Below, piece by piece: positions 31,958 through 41,202 of a DNA stretch of 43,996 nt. The notes beneath the pieces are model-generated. The model had not been told where the DNA came from, ran no database searches, and was given only the letters and a program-made list of their open reading frames with translations. Within the stretch, counting starts at the first letter, position 1, and the number at the start of each line of letters is the position of its first letter. The stretch spans positions 1 through 43,996 of the IMG/VR virus record IMGVR_UViG_3300010362_000006; one strand, written 5' to 3'. A program made the translations under genes and the position numbers. This DNA is from a virus.

Positions 31958-34900
31958 TCAGCGGGAAATTTCAGGCCGACTTCTCGTCCTTTGAAGAGGC
32001 CGTGAAAAAAGCCATCGTCACGCTCAAGAGCTTGTCGGATAACGCCGACAAGGTCCCGGCGGCGATGACCCGTATCGGCAATTCGCTGACCGGCACCAAG
32101 CTGATTCAGGACGCGACGATGATGGCGCAGTCCGTCGAACGGCTCGGCGGCGTCTCGATCCTCACCGAAAAGGAACTCGCGAAACTCGGCGGGCAAGCCC
32201 AAGAAGCGGCCGAGAAAATGAAGCTGCTCGGCATCGACGTCCCGAAAAATTTGCAGGCGATCGCCGACGCGGCGACGGCGGCGGCGAAGCCGATCGCCGA
32301 CGTGGGCAAAGCGGCGACGGACTCGCAGACAGCGCTCGGCGGCATCGGCGCCTCGTTCACGAATCTCGTCGCGGGCGTCGCGACCGGGGAACTCATCGCG
32401 GACGTCTTCAAAAAAATCGGCGAAGAACTCCTGCAACTCGGCATCCACGCGGCGGAAGTGTTGCCGATGATGGTCGAGCACGCGATCGAAGTGGGCAACT
32501 CGCTCTTTGAAATGTCCCTGAAGACGGGCGCCTCGGTCGAGAACCTCTCGAAGTTGCGGTTCGTCGCGAGTCAGACGGGCATCGACTTCCAGTCCTTCGG
32601 CACCACGCTCTTCAAGATGGAGCAGAACCTCGACGCGACCGGCAAAAAAGGTGACACGTTGGGGGGGAAGTTGGCCGCGATCGGGCTCAACCTGCGCGAT
32701 CTGAAGAACAGCAAACCGGACGACGCCTTCATCACCATCATGTCCGCGATGGAGAAGATGTCGAGTCGCGCGGAACAGGCGAGCCTCGGCGTCGCGCTCT
32801 TCGGCAAGGGCTTCAAGGACATGGCGGGCCTGACGCAGGAGTCCATTAAAGACCTGATGAAAGAAGCCGAGGACCTCGGCCTCGTCATGAGCACGCAGGA
32901 CGCGGCGGCGGCACACGCCGCGGAGGTCGGTTGGAAGAAATTCCAGATGCAGCTCGAAGCCGCGAGCATGAGCATCGGCAACGTGTTCGTCCCCGCGGTC
33001 ACGACGGCACTGAACCTCCTGAGCGAAGGATTCACGGAGGCGATGAAGAACACCGGGGTCAGCACGAAAGACTTGCAAGAGATTCTGAAGAGCGTCACGA
33101 CTGACATCGCGTTCTTCCTGGCCGACCTCGTGAAGGTCGCCGCGTATGTCGGCGACGCGCTCGCGCAGGCCTTCAGCGGACAGATTCTCGAACAGTTGGG
33201 CCTGCTCGATTTCATCGCGCGGGTCGGCGCGAAACTGATCGGCCTCGGCGAAATTGCCGCGACGATTACCGGCAACGCGTTCCTACTCAACACGCTCGAA
33301 GACCTGCGAGGGAAGTTCGACACCGTCGGCAAAAAGACAGAAGAGTACGCCGGAAAAGTCGCCGAACTCGCCGGTGCCTTGCACACGCTCGAGCAGGGCG
33401 CGCAGGGTGCCGCGAACAATCTGAAAGCGGGGTGGGACGCGGCCCTGAAGAAGACCGAGGACCAGATCAAGCACTTCGCGGAGACGAGTCACAAAGCCTT
33501 CGGCGGCGCCGGCGAGGACACCGAGTCCTTCGGCGAGAAAAACAAGAAAGCGACGAAGGACCTCGAGAGTCTCGAGAAAGAACTCTACAAGGTCGAACGG
33601 CAAGGCTACCAGGACTCCGTCGCGATGCAGGTCATGAACGCCGAACTGCTGAAATTCGGCAAGGGCGACGAGTCCGTGCAACAGCTCGGGAAGGCGCTCG
33701 AGCAGCTCCCGATCACGGTCGCGAAACTCAACGCCGAACTCGACAAGACGCCACAGAAGCTCTCCGCGATCGCGAACATCCTGCCGCAGGACACGTCGGG
33801 CTTTTTCCTGCCGTCACGACAGACGGTGCCGACGATCCAGACGCTCGGCCAGGGCGCCTACGCCGAACCCGCGGGACTTGAGATCGGCAAGGACTTCTCG
33901 AAAGGATTTGAAACCGGCATCGCGAAGATGCCCGACGCCATCCTCCGCGCGCTCGAAGGCGGCGGCAACGTCTTCGCCGCGGCGGCGGGCACCATCGGAC
34001 AGAGTATCGGCGAGTCCCTTCAGAAAAATTTGAATGACACCATCCTCAAAAATGCGAGTGGGGTGACTGGGTCCCTACTGAAAGGATTCTCAGCCGCGTT
34101 GCCCGCGATTGGCGCACTCGCCGGGCCATTGGTCGACGCCTTGTTTGGCATCGGCGGACCCTCGAAAGCGGAACTCGCCGGACGCGATGCCGTCGCGAGT
34201 TTTGAAAAAGGGTTTGGCAGCGCCGAAAAGATGATCAACGCGGTGGGCGCCGCCTACGTGGCCGAAGGCAAGACCGTCGAGGAAGCACAGAAGGACATCA
34301 AGGCGATGTGGGCCGCGGAGAAACAAGGCGCGGACGCCACCACCGCCGCGGTGCGAAAACTTCAGGACGCGCTCGCACAGCAGCAAAAACTGCAACAAGG
34401 CGCCGCGCAATTCGGCCCCTCGAAAACGGAGCTCGAGCAGATGGCGAAGGACGCGAAGGACGTCTACGACTTCATGCTCGCGCAGGGGACGTACACCGCC
34501 GACCAGCTCGCCGCCGCGTTCAAGGCGTCACAGGAAGCGCAAGCTGCCGCCCTCGGCATCAACACCGAGGCGACGAAGAAACACCTGGACGAAATGCAGA
34601 AAGGCCTCGAAGACCTGATGTCCCGGCGCGATGCGCTCTGGACGCAGGTCTCGCAGGAAGCGCCCGAGGAAGTGATGGGCGTGATCGAAACCGCACAGCG
34701 CGCGCAGCTCGGTGTCCTCGATGATCAGATCGCCGCGCAAAAGAAAGCGATCGAGAAAGAAGCCGACGATGCGGCGGCGGCGCTCGAGGCCGCACTCAAT
34801 CAAATCACGCCCGACGCGATTCATGTGCCGGTCGTCTTCGACTGGACGAACGCGCAGGATATGCCGAGTCACGGGCAACCGCAGCCCTACCCTGGCCCCG

Positions 34901-35112
34901 CGATTCCGATGGCGCGCGGCGGCGATTTCCTCGTCACCAAACCGACGTTGTTCCTCGCGGGCGAGGCGGGACCCGAACGCGCCACCTTCTCGCCAAGCAC
35001 ACGCGACAGCGATGTGAGCCGCCAGCTCGCGCAGCTCACCCGCGCGATGAACCGTCTGCCTCGCACTATCAGCCGCGCCGTGACCGATGGCCTCGTCGGG
35101 ATCACGGGCTAA
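31954..35112 (+). CDS. Tape measure protein, 1052 aa
   Basis: Length, helical Ala/Lys/Glu-rich composition, position. Confidence 0.9.
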   Translation: MISGKFQADFSSFEEAVKKAIVTLKSLSDNADKVPAAMTRIGNSLTGTKLIQDATMMAQSVERLGGVSILTEKELAKLGGQAQEAAEKMKLLGIDVPKNLQAIADAATAAAKPIADVGKAATDSQTALGGIGASFTNLVAGVATGELIADVFKKIGEELLQLGIHAAEVLPMMVEHAIEVGNSLFEMSLKTGASVENLSKLRFVASQTGIDFQSFGTTLFKMEQNLDATGKKGDTLGGKLAAIGLNLRDLKNSKPDDAFITIMSAMEKMSSRAEQASLGVALFGKGFKDMAGLTQESIKDLMKEAEDLGLVMSTQDAAAAHAAEVGWKKFQMQLEAASMSIGNVFVPAVTTALNLLSEGFTEAMKNTGVSTKDLQEILKSVTTDIAFFLADLVKVAAYVGDALAQAFSGQILEQLGLLDFIARVGAKLIGLGEIAATITGNAFLLNTLEDLRGKFDTVGKKTEEYAGKVAELAGALHTLEQGAQGAANNLKAGWDAALKKTEDQIKHFAETSHKAFGGAGEDTESFGEKNKKATKDLESLEKELYKVERQGYQDSVAMQVMNAELLKFGKGDESVQQLGKALEQLPITVAKLNAELDKTPQKLSAIANILPQDTSGFFLPSRQTVPTIQTLGQGAYAEPAGLEIGKDFSKGFETGIAKMPDAILRALEGGGNVFAAAAGTIGQSIGESLQKNLNDTILKNASGVTGSLLKGFSAALPAIGALAGPLVDALFGIGGPSKAELAGRDAVASFEKGFGSAEKMINAVGAAYVAEGKTVEEAQKDIKAMWAAEKQGADATTAAVRKLQDALAQQQKLQQGAAQFGPSKTELEQMAKDAKDVYDFMLAQGTYTADQLAAAFKASQEAQAAALGINTEATKKHLDEMQKGLEDLMSRRDALWTQVSQEAPEEVMGVIETAQRAQLGVLDDQIAAQKKAIEKEADDAAAALEAALNQITPDAIHVPVVFDWTNAQDMPSHGQPQPYPGPAIPMARGGDFLVTKPTLFLAGEAGPERATFSPSTRDSDVSRQLAQLTRAMNRLPRTISRAVTDGLVGITG

Positions 35113-35136
35113 CTAAGTTTAAAGGAGGGTTTTTCG

Positions 35137-35553
35137 ATGGCTTCTTTTGTGACGAATGAGGGCGCGAACGGCTTGGCGAACGGCACGATCACCTGGGCGA
35201 GCGACACGATCAAAGCGCGTCTCGTCGCCTCGTCGGTCACGCCCAACAAAGACGATACGACGATGACGCCCTACACGGTGATCGGCACGGACCAGACGCT
35301 CGCCTCGAAAACGCGCACGAAGAACACCACGGATGATCGCATCGACTTTTCGTCAGCGGCGATCACCTGGGCAGCGGTCGCGGCGGGCAGTACCGTGGGG
35401 TATGTCGTCATTTTCAAATTCGTGACGAACGATGCGGGTTCGACGCCGATCGCGGTGATCGACGTGACCGACGTGCCGACCAATGGCAGCGATCTCACGT
35501 ACACGCCGCCGACGGTCGGATCGGCGGCGGCGCTGTTCTCGTTGCAGGAGTAA
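35137..35553 (+). CDS. Hypothetical tail protein, 138 aa
   Basis: AAAGGAGGG SD; Thr/Ala/Val-rich beta-type sequence. Confidence 0.55.
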   Translation: MASFVTNEGANGLANGTITWASDTIKARLVASSVTPNKDDTTMTPYTVIGTDQTLASKTRTKNTTDDRIDFSSAAITWAAVAAGSTVGYVVIFKFVTNDAGSTPIAVIDVTDVPTNGSDLTYTPPTVGSAAALFSLQE

Positions 35554-35575
35554 ACCGGACGCGAGCCAAACGGTT

Positions 35576-38500
35576 ATGTTTGATGCTGCGTGGTTCGAGC
35601 GGTGGCAGTGGCTCTTACTGCTCATCCTCGAGGAACCGATCCTCGGCCGGTGGTTCCGGTGGCTGCTGTGCATTCGTCCGCACGATGTCGGCTATCGCGG
35701 GCGCATCGTCCGGCTACTCCCCCACGCCTACGTCGTCGCGAATAACGACGGCACCTTCACCGCCGATTTTCGGACGCACGATAAATTTGCCAAGCGGCTC
35801 TATTACGGTTTGCGTCCGTTCTGGCGCGCGTGTCACCTATGGGATCTGGCGATCGCGAATCGCTTCCGGCCGGCGTGGAATCTCGGCTTCGATACCTTAG
35901 GCCCCCTCTATCCTGACGCCGGATCGGGCGCCACGACCGTCGACGGGCGCGTGGAGAATTCGCCAGGCGGCAACGTGTCCTGGGCGACGATCATCGCCGG
36001 CGCGGGCACGACCGCTGAAGTGGTCTCGACGCACAACGCGTCGGTGGGCTGGCAAGACGGCACTGTCAGCAACACGTTCTCGAGCCTCTGGCGGGGCATC
36101 TCGACCTACAACACCGCGGCGCTCGGCACGGGCGCGGTGATCTCGACCGCGACGCTCTCGTTTTTCGGCAGCGGCCAGAGTAACGACGGATCCAATCCCA
36201 ATTTCAATGTGTACGGCGCCACGCCCGCCTCGAATAATGCCCTCGTCGCGGCGGACTTCACGCAAGTCGGCAGCACGGCGTTCAGCACGGCCATCAATGT
36301 CACGGCGTGGAGCACCTCCGGCTACAACGACTTCCTCCTCAACGCCAACGGCCTCGCGAACATCAACAAGAGCGGGATCAGTCGGTTCGGGGAGCGCAAC
36401 GCGAATTACGACGTCGCGGCGGTGGCGCCGTCGTGGTCGACCTCGGGGAATCTGATCTTCATCGAGCACTGGAACGCCGATCAAACCGGCACGGCGAACG
36501 ATCCGAAACTTGTCGTCACCTTCACCCCGACGGTCGTCGTCACCGCTAAAGGCACCTTCGCCACCAAATCGAATACCGATCCGATCCTGAGCAGCATCTC
36601 GGTCCCCAACGGTGAGACGTTGATCGTCTCGCTCTTCGCTGGCAACGACAACGCCAACTCGCGCCGCATGCAGTTCAACGGCAACGAGATGACGAAAGAC
36701 GTCAACGTCGAGGGACTCTTTGCGAACGCCAACACCTATCTGAGCGTCTTTCGCTGGCTCAATAACACCGGCAGTACGGTCACCGGGAACCTCCGCTATC
36801 TCACCTCCACCGGCACGGCACTCACAGGGGTGGGCATCGCGGGCACGGCTAATTCGCTCACGAATCTCGACACGACCAGTCCCTTCGATCAGCATTCGAC
36901 GACGGATTCGGCCGGCGCGACGAGCGCGGACTCCGGTAACACCGGCACGACCACGGCAGCGGCCGAGATCCTGATCGGCTTTCTCTGCACCCGAGGTCCC
37001 AACACGGATGCGGCCGGGACGTGGGGCGGTGATACCGCCACCAGCGGGCAACGCGGCGGGACGACTGGCGGATCAGCCAATTCCAACTACACCGTCTACG
37101 ACGCGAACGGCGCGCAATCGGCGACGGGTGTGCGCCATGCGGCGGTCACCGGGCTCTCTGCTGGCCGCGCCTACACCCTCGGGATCGTCACCTACAAACA
37201 GGCGAGCAGTGGCGCTGCGCTCAGCGGTGGACCCGCGACCGCGAGTTGGGCGATTACCGCCGCGACGCTCGTCGCTTCGGGTGCGGTCGCGCTCAGCGGC
37301 ACGAAACCCGTCGCTACCTGGGCGATCACCGCCGCCTCGTTTGCGGCGCCGCAAGCGTTGAGCGGCGGACCGGCGACGGCGACATGGACCGCGACGGCCG
37401 CCACGATCGCGAAAGGTCCGGTCGCGCTGAGTGGCGGTCCCGCAGCGGCGACGTGGGCGATCACCGCCGCGACCCTCAGTGGCGCGACCGCGCTCACCGG
37501 GACCAAGCCGGTCGCGACGTGGACGGCGACGGCCGCGACGCTCACGGCCTCGGGCAGCGGCGCAATTGGCGGCGTGCCGGTCGTCGCGACGTGGACGGCC
37601 ACCCCCGCCGCGCTGACGAAGGGATCGGTGGCCCTCACCGCCGCCACGCCCGCGATCGCGACCTGGACGAGCACGCCGGCGGTGCTGCGCGGCACCGGCG
37701 CGGCCACGCTCGCCGGAGTATCGGTCAGTGCCACGTGGGCGATCACGATCGGCAGTCTCGCCCCGCCGCCGCCGCCCATCGCCTCGATCTTTCTCGAAAT
37801 GGAATTTTCGGGACGCGGCAACGGGTGGACCGAGGTCAAAGATTGGCGACTCGCCGACGGTCTGCGATGGGATCGCGGGCTCCCCGGCAACGGCGTCGCC
37901 GATTGCATCGCCGACACGGGCACGCTGAATTTCGTGCTCAACAACGCGATCACGAACAGCGTGCATCTCATCGGCTACTACAGCCCCGATCACGCGAACT
38001 GTCGCGCAGGCTTTCAACTGATGATCGGCGTGCGCGTCCGCATCACGATCGGCGCGGCCGAGTACGTGCGGTTCACCGGCTATCTCGATTACATCAACCC
38101 GCAGCCGGGCATGCACCAGAATTTCGGCGTCGACTGCGAAGCGATCGGCTGGATGGGGCTCGCCGCGCGCACCCGCCTCGGCGACCTGCCGATTCTGCTC
38201 GACGCGTCGGGGGATGACGTCTTTCAGACGATCATTGATTCGCTGCCGACGTTCTCGCAGCCGCGAGCGATTGAGAAGGATCTCAGCGCCGACGTGTACC
38301 CGTACATCCTCGATCGGATTCGCGATGAAGAGACGCACGCGAACGACGAACTCTACCGCCTGGCGCTGAGTGGCCTGGATCGGATTTGGGAGCGCGGCAA
38401 CGGCACGCTCGTCTATGAGAGTCGCACGCGACGCGCCACGCGCACCGCCGACATCGACACCTTCCCCGACACGCACGGCTTCGGGGCGCCGCGGACCGCC

Positions 38501-39898
38501 GACACCGTCGCGAACTCCACGCAGACGACCGTGCATCCGCGCTTGCCGAGTGCCGTCAGCAACGCCGTGCTCTTTAGTCTCAACCAACCGATGCAGCTCG
38601 CCGTCGGTCAGCCGGTCGACGTGCTCGGGACGTGGACGGACCCGACCAATCCCGACGTGCGCGTCGGCGCGGTCAGTCTCGTGTCGCTCGTCAGCGGCAC
38701 CGACTACGTGGCGAACAGCGCCCAGGACGGCAGCGGGATCGACCTCACCGCGGCGCTCACCGTCGCGGTCGGGCTCTCGGGCAACGCGACGGCCTTCACG
38801 GTCACGCTCGGCGGCTCGACCCCTGGCTGGCTCACCAAACTCCAACAACGCGGGCGCGCGCTGCTCGATTACGGCGATGTGCAGGCGATGCAGAAAGATC
38901 AAGGCAGCATCGACCGGTTCGGGCTCAATCCGCTGAACGTCGACATGCCCTATCAGGCCGACCCGAATTTCGGCATCGAAGTCGGGCAGTACATCATCTT
39001 CACGCGGGCGCAACCGCTCACGCAGGTCGAGGCCTTCCGGCGCGTGATCGGCATGAAGAACAGCCCCGAACTGGCCCGCAGTCTCGCGCGGGAAGTCAGC
39101 GATCGCATCGGCATCACCGAACCCGTGACGGGCGTGCAGAAATCGTTTTTCATTGAACGCATCAGCGAAACGATCTACGCCACGCACGTCGAAACCGAAT
39201 GGACCCTGTCACTGCCGATCGACGGGCGCCAGTTCTGGCAGCTCGAGGTCGTCGGCCGCGGCGAACTCGACATCAACACGCGGCTCGGCTTCGGACTCAT
39301 CGTCGGCCACACCGATGTTCACCACGCCGACTTCCACGGCGATAGCCTCCACAGCGACAGCGCGCACGTGGATACGCATACCGACGATTTGCACCAGGAC
39401 CAGTTGCACGGCGATGGGAGCACGCACGGCGACACCGCCCACAGCGATACGCAGCACAGCGATCGCGCGCACACGGACGTCGCCCATCTCGATGAGCACG
39501 CGGATGATCCCTTCGAGGATCACACCGATAACAGTCATAGCGATGTGCAACACCTCGACGACCATTTCGACTATCACGGCGATTTCTTCGACGCCGCGCA
39601 TGGCGTGGCCTTCGGCGACCACGGCGATACGCACACCGACCAGGCGCACGGCGACGCGCACGGCGACAGCCCCCATATTGACGAGCGGCACGAGGACTTC
39701 AGTGACAGCGTGCCGCACAACGATGTCCCGCACGGCGACGTCGCCCACGTCGACATCGCCCACAACGACGCGTCGAGCCACTCCGACGTGTTGCACGCCG
39801 ACGTGTTGCACGCCGACGTCGCGCATGTCGACGTCGCGCACGGCGACGCGGCCCATGCCGACAACCACGATGACACCGCCCACGGAGACGCGAATTGA
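35576..39898 (+). CDS. Giant multidomain tail-tip protein, 1440 aa: N-terminal region of unknown type, 8 x ~23-aa repeats, Dit-like (siphovirus distal tail) domain, C-terminal HxD repeat array
   Basis: Single uninterrupted ORF; start trimmed to ATG 35576; IFLEMEFSGRGNGWTEV...FTGYLDYINPQ... resembles a distal tail protein. Confidence 0.75.
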   Translation: MFDAAWFERWQWLLLLILEEPILGRWFRWLLCIRPHDVGYRGRIVRLLPHAYVVANNDGTFTADFRTHDKFAKRLYYGLRPFWRACHLWDLAIANRFRPAWNLGFDTLGPLYPDAGSGATTVDGRVENSPGGNVSWATIIAGAGTTAEVVSTHNASVGWQDGTVSNTFSSLWRGISTYNTAALGTGAVISTATLSFFGSGQSNDGSNPNFNVYGATPASNNALVAADFTQVGSTAFSTAINVTAWSTSGYNDFLLNANGLANINKSGISRFGERNANYDVAAVAPSWSTSGNLIFIEHWNADQTGTANDPKLVVTFTPTVVVTAKGTFATKSNTDPILSSISVPNGETLIVSLFAGNDNANSRRMQFNGNEMTKDVNVEGLFANANTYLSVFRWLNNTGSTVTGNLRYLTSTGTALTGVGIAGTANSLTNLDTTSPFDQHSTTDSAGATSADSGNTGTTTAAAEILIGFLCTRGPNTDAAGTWGGDTATSGQRGGTTGGSANSNYTVYDANGAQSATGVRHAAVTGLSAGRAYTLGIVTYKQASSGAALSGGPATASWAITAATLVASGAVALSGTKPVATWAITAASFAAPQALSGGPATATWTATAATIAKGPVALSGGPAAATWAITAATLSGATALTGTKPVATWTATAATLTASGSGAIGGVPVVATWTATPAALTKGSVALTAATPAIATWTSTPAVLRGTGAATLAGVSVSATWAITIGSLAPPPPPIASIFLEMEFSGRGNGWTEVKDWRLADGLRWDRGLPGNGVADCIADTGTLNFVLNNAITNSVHLIGYYSPDHANCRAGFQLMIGVRVRITIGAAEYVRFTGYLDYINPQPGMHQNFGVDCEAIGWMGLAARTRLGDLPILLDASGDDVFQTIIDSLPTFSQPRAIEKDLSADVYPYILDRIRDEETHANDELYRLALSGLDRIWERGNGTLVYESRTRRATRTADIDTFPDTHGFGAPRTADTVANSTQTTVHPRLPSAVSNAVLFSLNQPMQLAVGQPVDVLGTWTDPTNPDVRVGAVSLVSLVSGTDYVANSAQDGSGIDLTAALTVAVGLSGNATAFTVTLGGSTPGWLTKLQQRGRALLDYGDVQAMQKDQGSIDRFGLNPLNVDMPYQADPNFGIEVGQYIIFTRAQPLTQVEAFRRVIGMKNSPELARSLAREVSDRIGITEPVTGVQKSFFIERISETIYATHVETEWTLSLPIDGRQFWQLEVVGRGELDINTRLGFGLIVGHTDVHHADFHGDSLHSDSAHVDTHTDDLHQDQLHGDGSTHGDTAHSDTQHSDRAHTDVAHLDEHADDPFEDHTDNSHSDVQHLDDHFDYHGDFFDAAHGVAFGDHGDTHTDQAHGDAHGDSPHIDERHEDFSDSVPHNDVPHGDVAHVDIAHNDASSHSDVLHADVLHADVAHVDVAHGDAAHADNHDDTAHGDAN
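37217..37760 (+). repeat. Coding tandem repeats: 8 units of ~23 aa, AL(S/T)GxxPxATW(A/T)xTAATLxxxG
   Basis: Read from the translation. Confidence 0.85.
39305..39895 (+). repeat. Coding repeat array: ~35 His-x-Asp units, mostly 5-residue period, ~197 aa
   Basis: GHTDVHHADFHGDSLHSDSAHVDTHTDDLHQDQLHGD...HSDVLHADVLHADVAHVDVAHGDAAHADNHDDTAHGDAN. Confidence 0.9.
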
Positions 39899-41202
39899 GC
39901 ATCGAACTGAATCCCGTTGGCGTGAAGTGCAATCTCCAGTGCGCGTACTGCTACGAAGATCCGATGCGGGCGGCGGGCAACTTCGCGCCCGGCTACGACC
40001 TGGCGGCGATGAAACGCGGGCTCGCCGCCGAGGGCTACCAGTTCTCGCTCTTCGGCGGCGAACCGTTGCTCATGCCAATCGCCGACCTCGAGGAGATGTG
40101 CCGGTGGGGTTTCGAGCAGTACGGCAGCACCGGGCTTCAGACGAACGGCAATCTGATCACGGAGGCGCACCTCGCGCTCTTCGCGCGCTACCACGTCGGC
40201 GTGGGCATTTCGATCGACGGTCCTGACGAACTCAACGACGTGCGCAGCGCCGGCACGCTCGAGAAGACGCGCGCCCTCACCGCTCGGAGCGAATGGGCCA
40301 TCCACGAGCTCTGCGCGCGCCACCAGGCGCCGAGTCTCATCGTGACGCTCCACCGCGGCAACGGCGTCGGGACACGACTGCATCGACTGAAGGCGTGGCT
40401 CGCCGACCTGCACGACCAGGGCGTCCGGTACGTGCGGCTGCACTTACTCGAAGTCGAATCCGCCGAAGTGCGGCGCCAGTGGGCGCTCACCGAGAACGAG
40501 AATGTCGCCGCCATGCTCGACCTCGCGCACTTTGGGCAACGGCACCCGCGTCTGCATCTTGACGTGTTCAGTGACCTCGACAAGCTCCTGCGCGGTCGAG
40601 ACAGCACGGGCGGCGGCGTCACGTGCATCTGGAACGCGTGCGATCCCTACACGACGCGCGCCGTCCGCGGCATCAACGGGCTCGGCGAGAACATCAACTG
40701 CGGGCGTACGAACAAAGACGGGGTCGATTGGCAGAAGGCCGAGACCGAAGGGTTCGAGCGACAGCTCGTGCTCTACGACACCCCGCAAGCGGACCACGGG
40801 TGTCGCGGCTGTCGGTTCTTCATCGCGTGCAAAGGGCAATGTCCCGGCACCGCGATCGACGGCGATTGGCGCAATCGCACGGAACACTGCGGCGTGTGGA
40901 TGCGCCTCTTCGACCGCGTCGAACGGGACTTGATCGCCGCGGGCGTCACGCCCGTGTCACGATCGCCGGAACTGCCCGCCCTCGAAGCGATCATGCTCAA
41001 CGCCTGGCGCGAGGGGCGCAACCTGTCGATCGAGCAGGCGATCGGCATCCTCCACGGCCATCCCGCCGACCAGGGCGCGCAGGAGCATGGCGATCACTGG
41101 GACGCGCCGGACGGCTATCACCACACGGACGCCGGGCTCGAGATCCACGGCGACGCGGGGACGACGGTGATGCACGGAGACACGCCACATGGCGACACGT
41201 AA
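39895..41202 (+). CDS. Radical SAM enzyme with complete SPASM domain (peptide/protein maturase type), 435 aa, HxD-rich C-terminal tail
   Basis: CNLQCAYC (CX3CX2C, 39928-39951), GGEPLL, QTNGN, SIDGP; SPASM C-x14-G-x4-C ... CRGCRFFIACKGQC (40801-40842) ... C; TTG start overlaps the upstream TGA, with GGAGA 6 nt upstream. Confidence 0.85.
   Translation: MSIELNPVGVKCNLQCAYCYEDPMRAAGNFAPGYDLAAMKRGLAAEGYQFSLFGGEPLLMPIADLEEMCRWGFEQYGSTGLQTNGNLITEAHLALFARYHVGVGISIDGPDELNDVRSAGTLEKTRALTARSEWAIHELCARHQAPSLIVTLHRGNGVGTRLHRLKAWLADLHDQGVRYVRLHLLEVESAEVRRQWALTENENVAAMLDLAHFGQRHPRLHLDVFSDLDKLLRGRDSTGGGVTCIWNACDPYTTRAVRGINGLGENINCGRTNKDGVDWQKAETEGFERQLVLYDTPQADHGCRGCRFFIACKGQCPGTAIDGDWRNRTEHCGVWMRLFDRVERDLIAAGVTPVSRSPELPALEAIMLNAWREGRNLSIEQAIGILHGHPADQGAQEHGDHWDAPDGYHHTDAGLEIHGDAGTTVMHGDTPHGDT

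Noticed and set aside
31930-33470. 382-aa and 299-aa minus-strand ORFs
   Set aside because: Antisense to the tape measure gene.
37073-39187. 704-aa minus-strand ORF, plus 35897-37051 and 39574-40443 (also minus strand)
   Set aside because: Antisense to the giant tail protein and the rSAM gene. Arg-rich, with no motifs, no SD and no operon logic.
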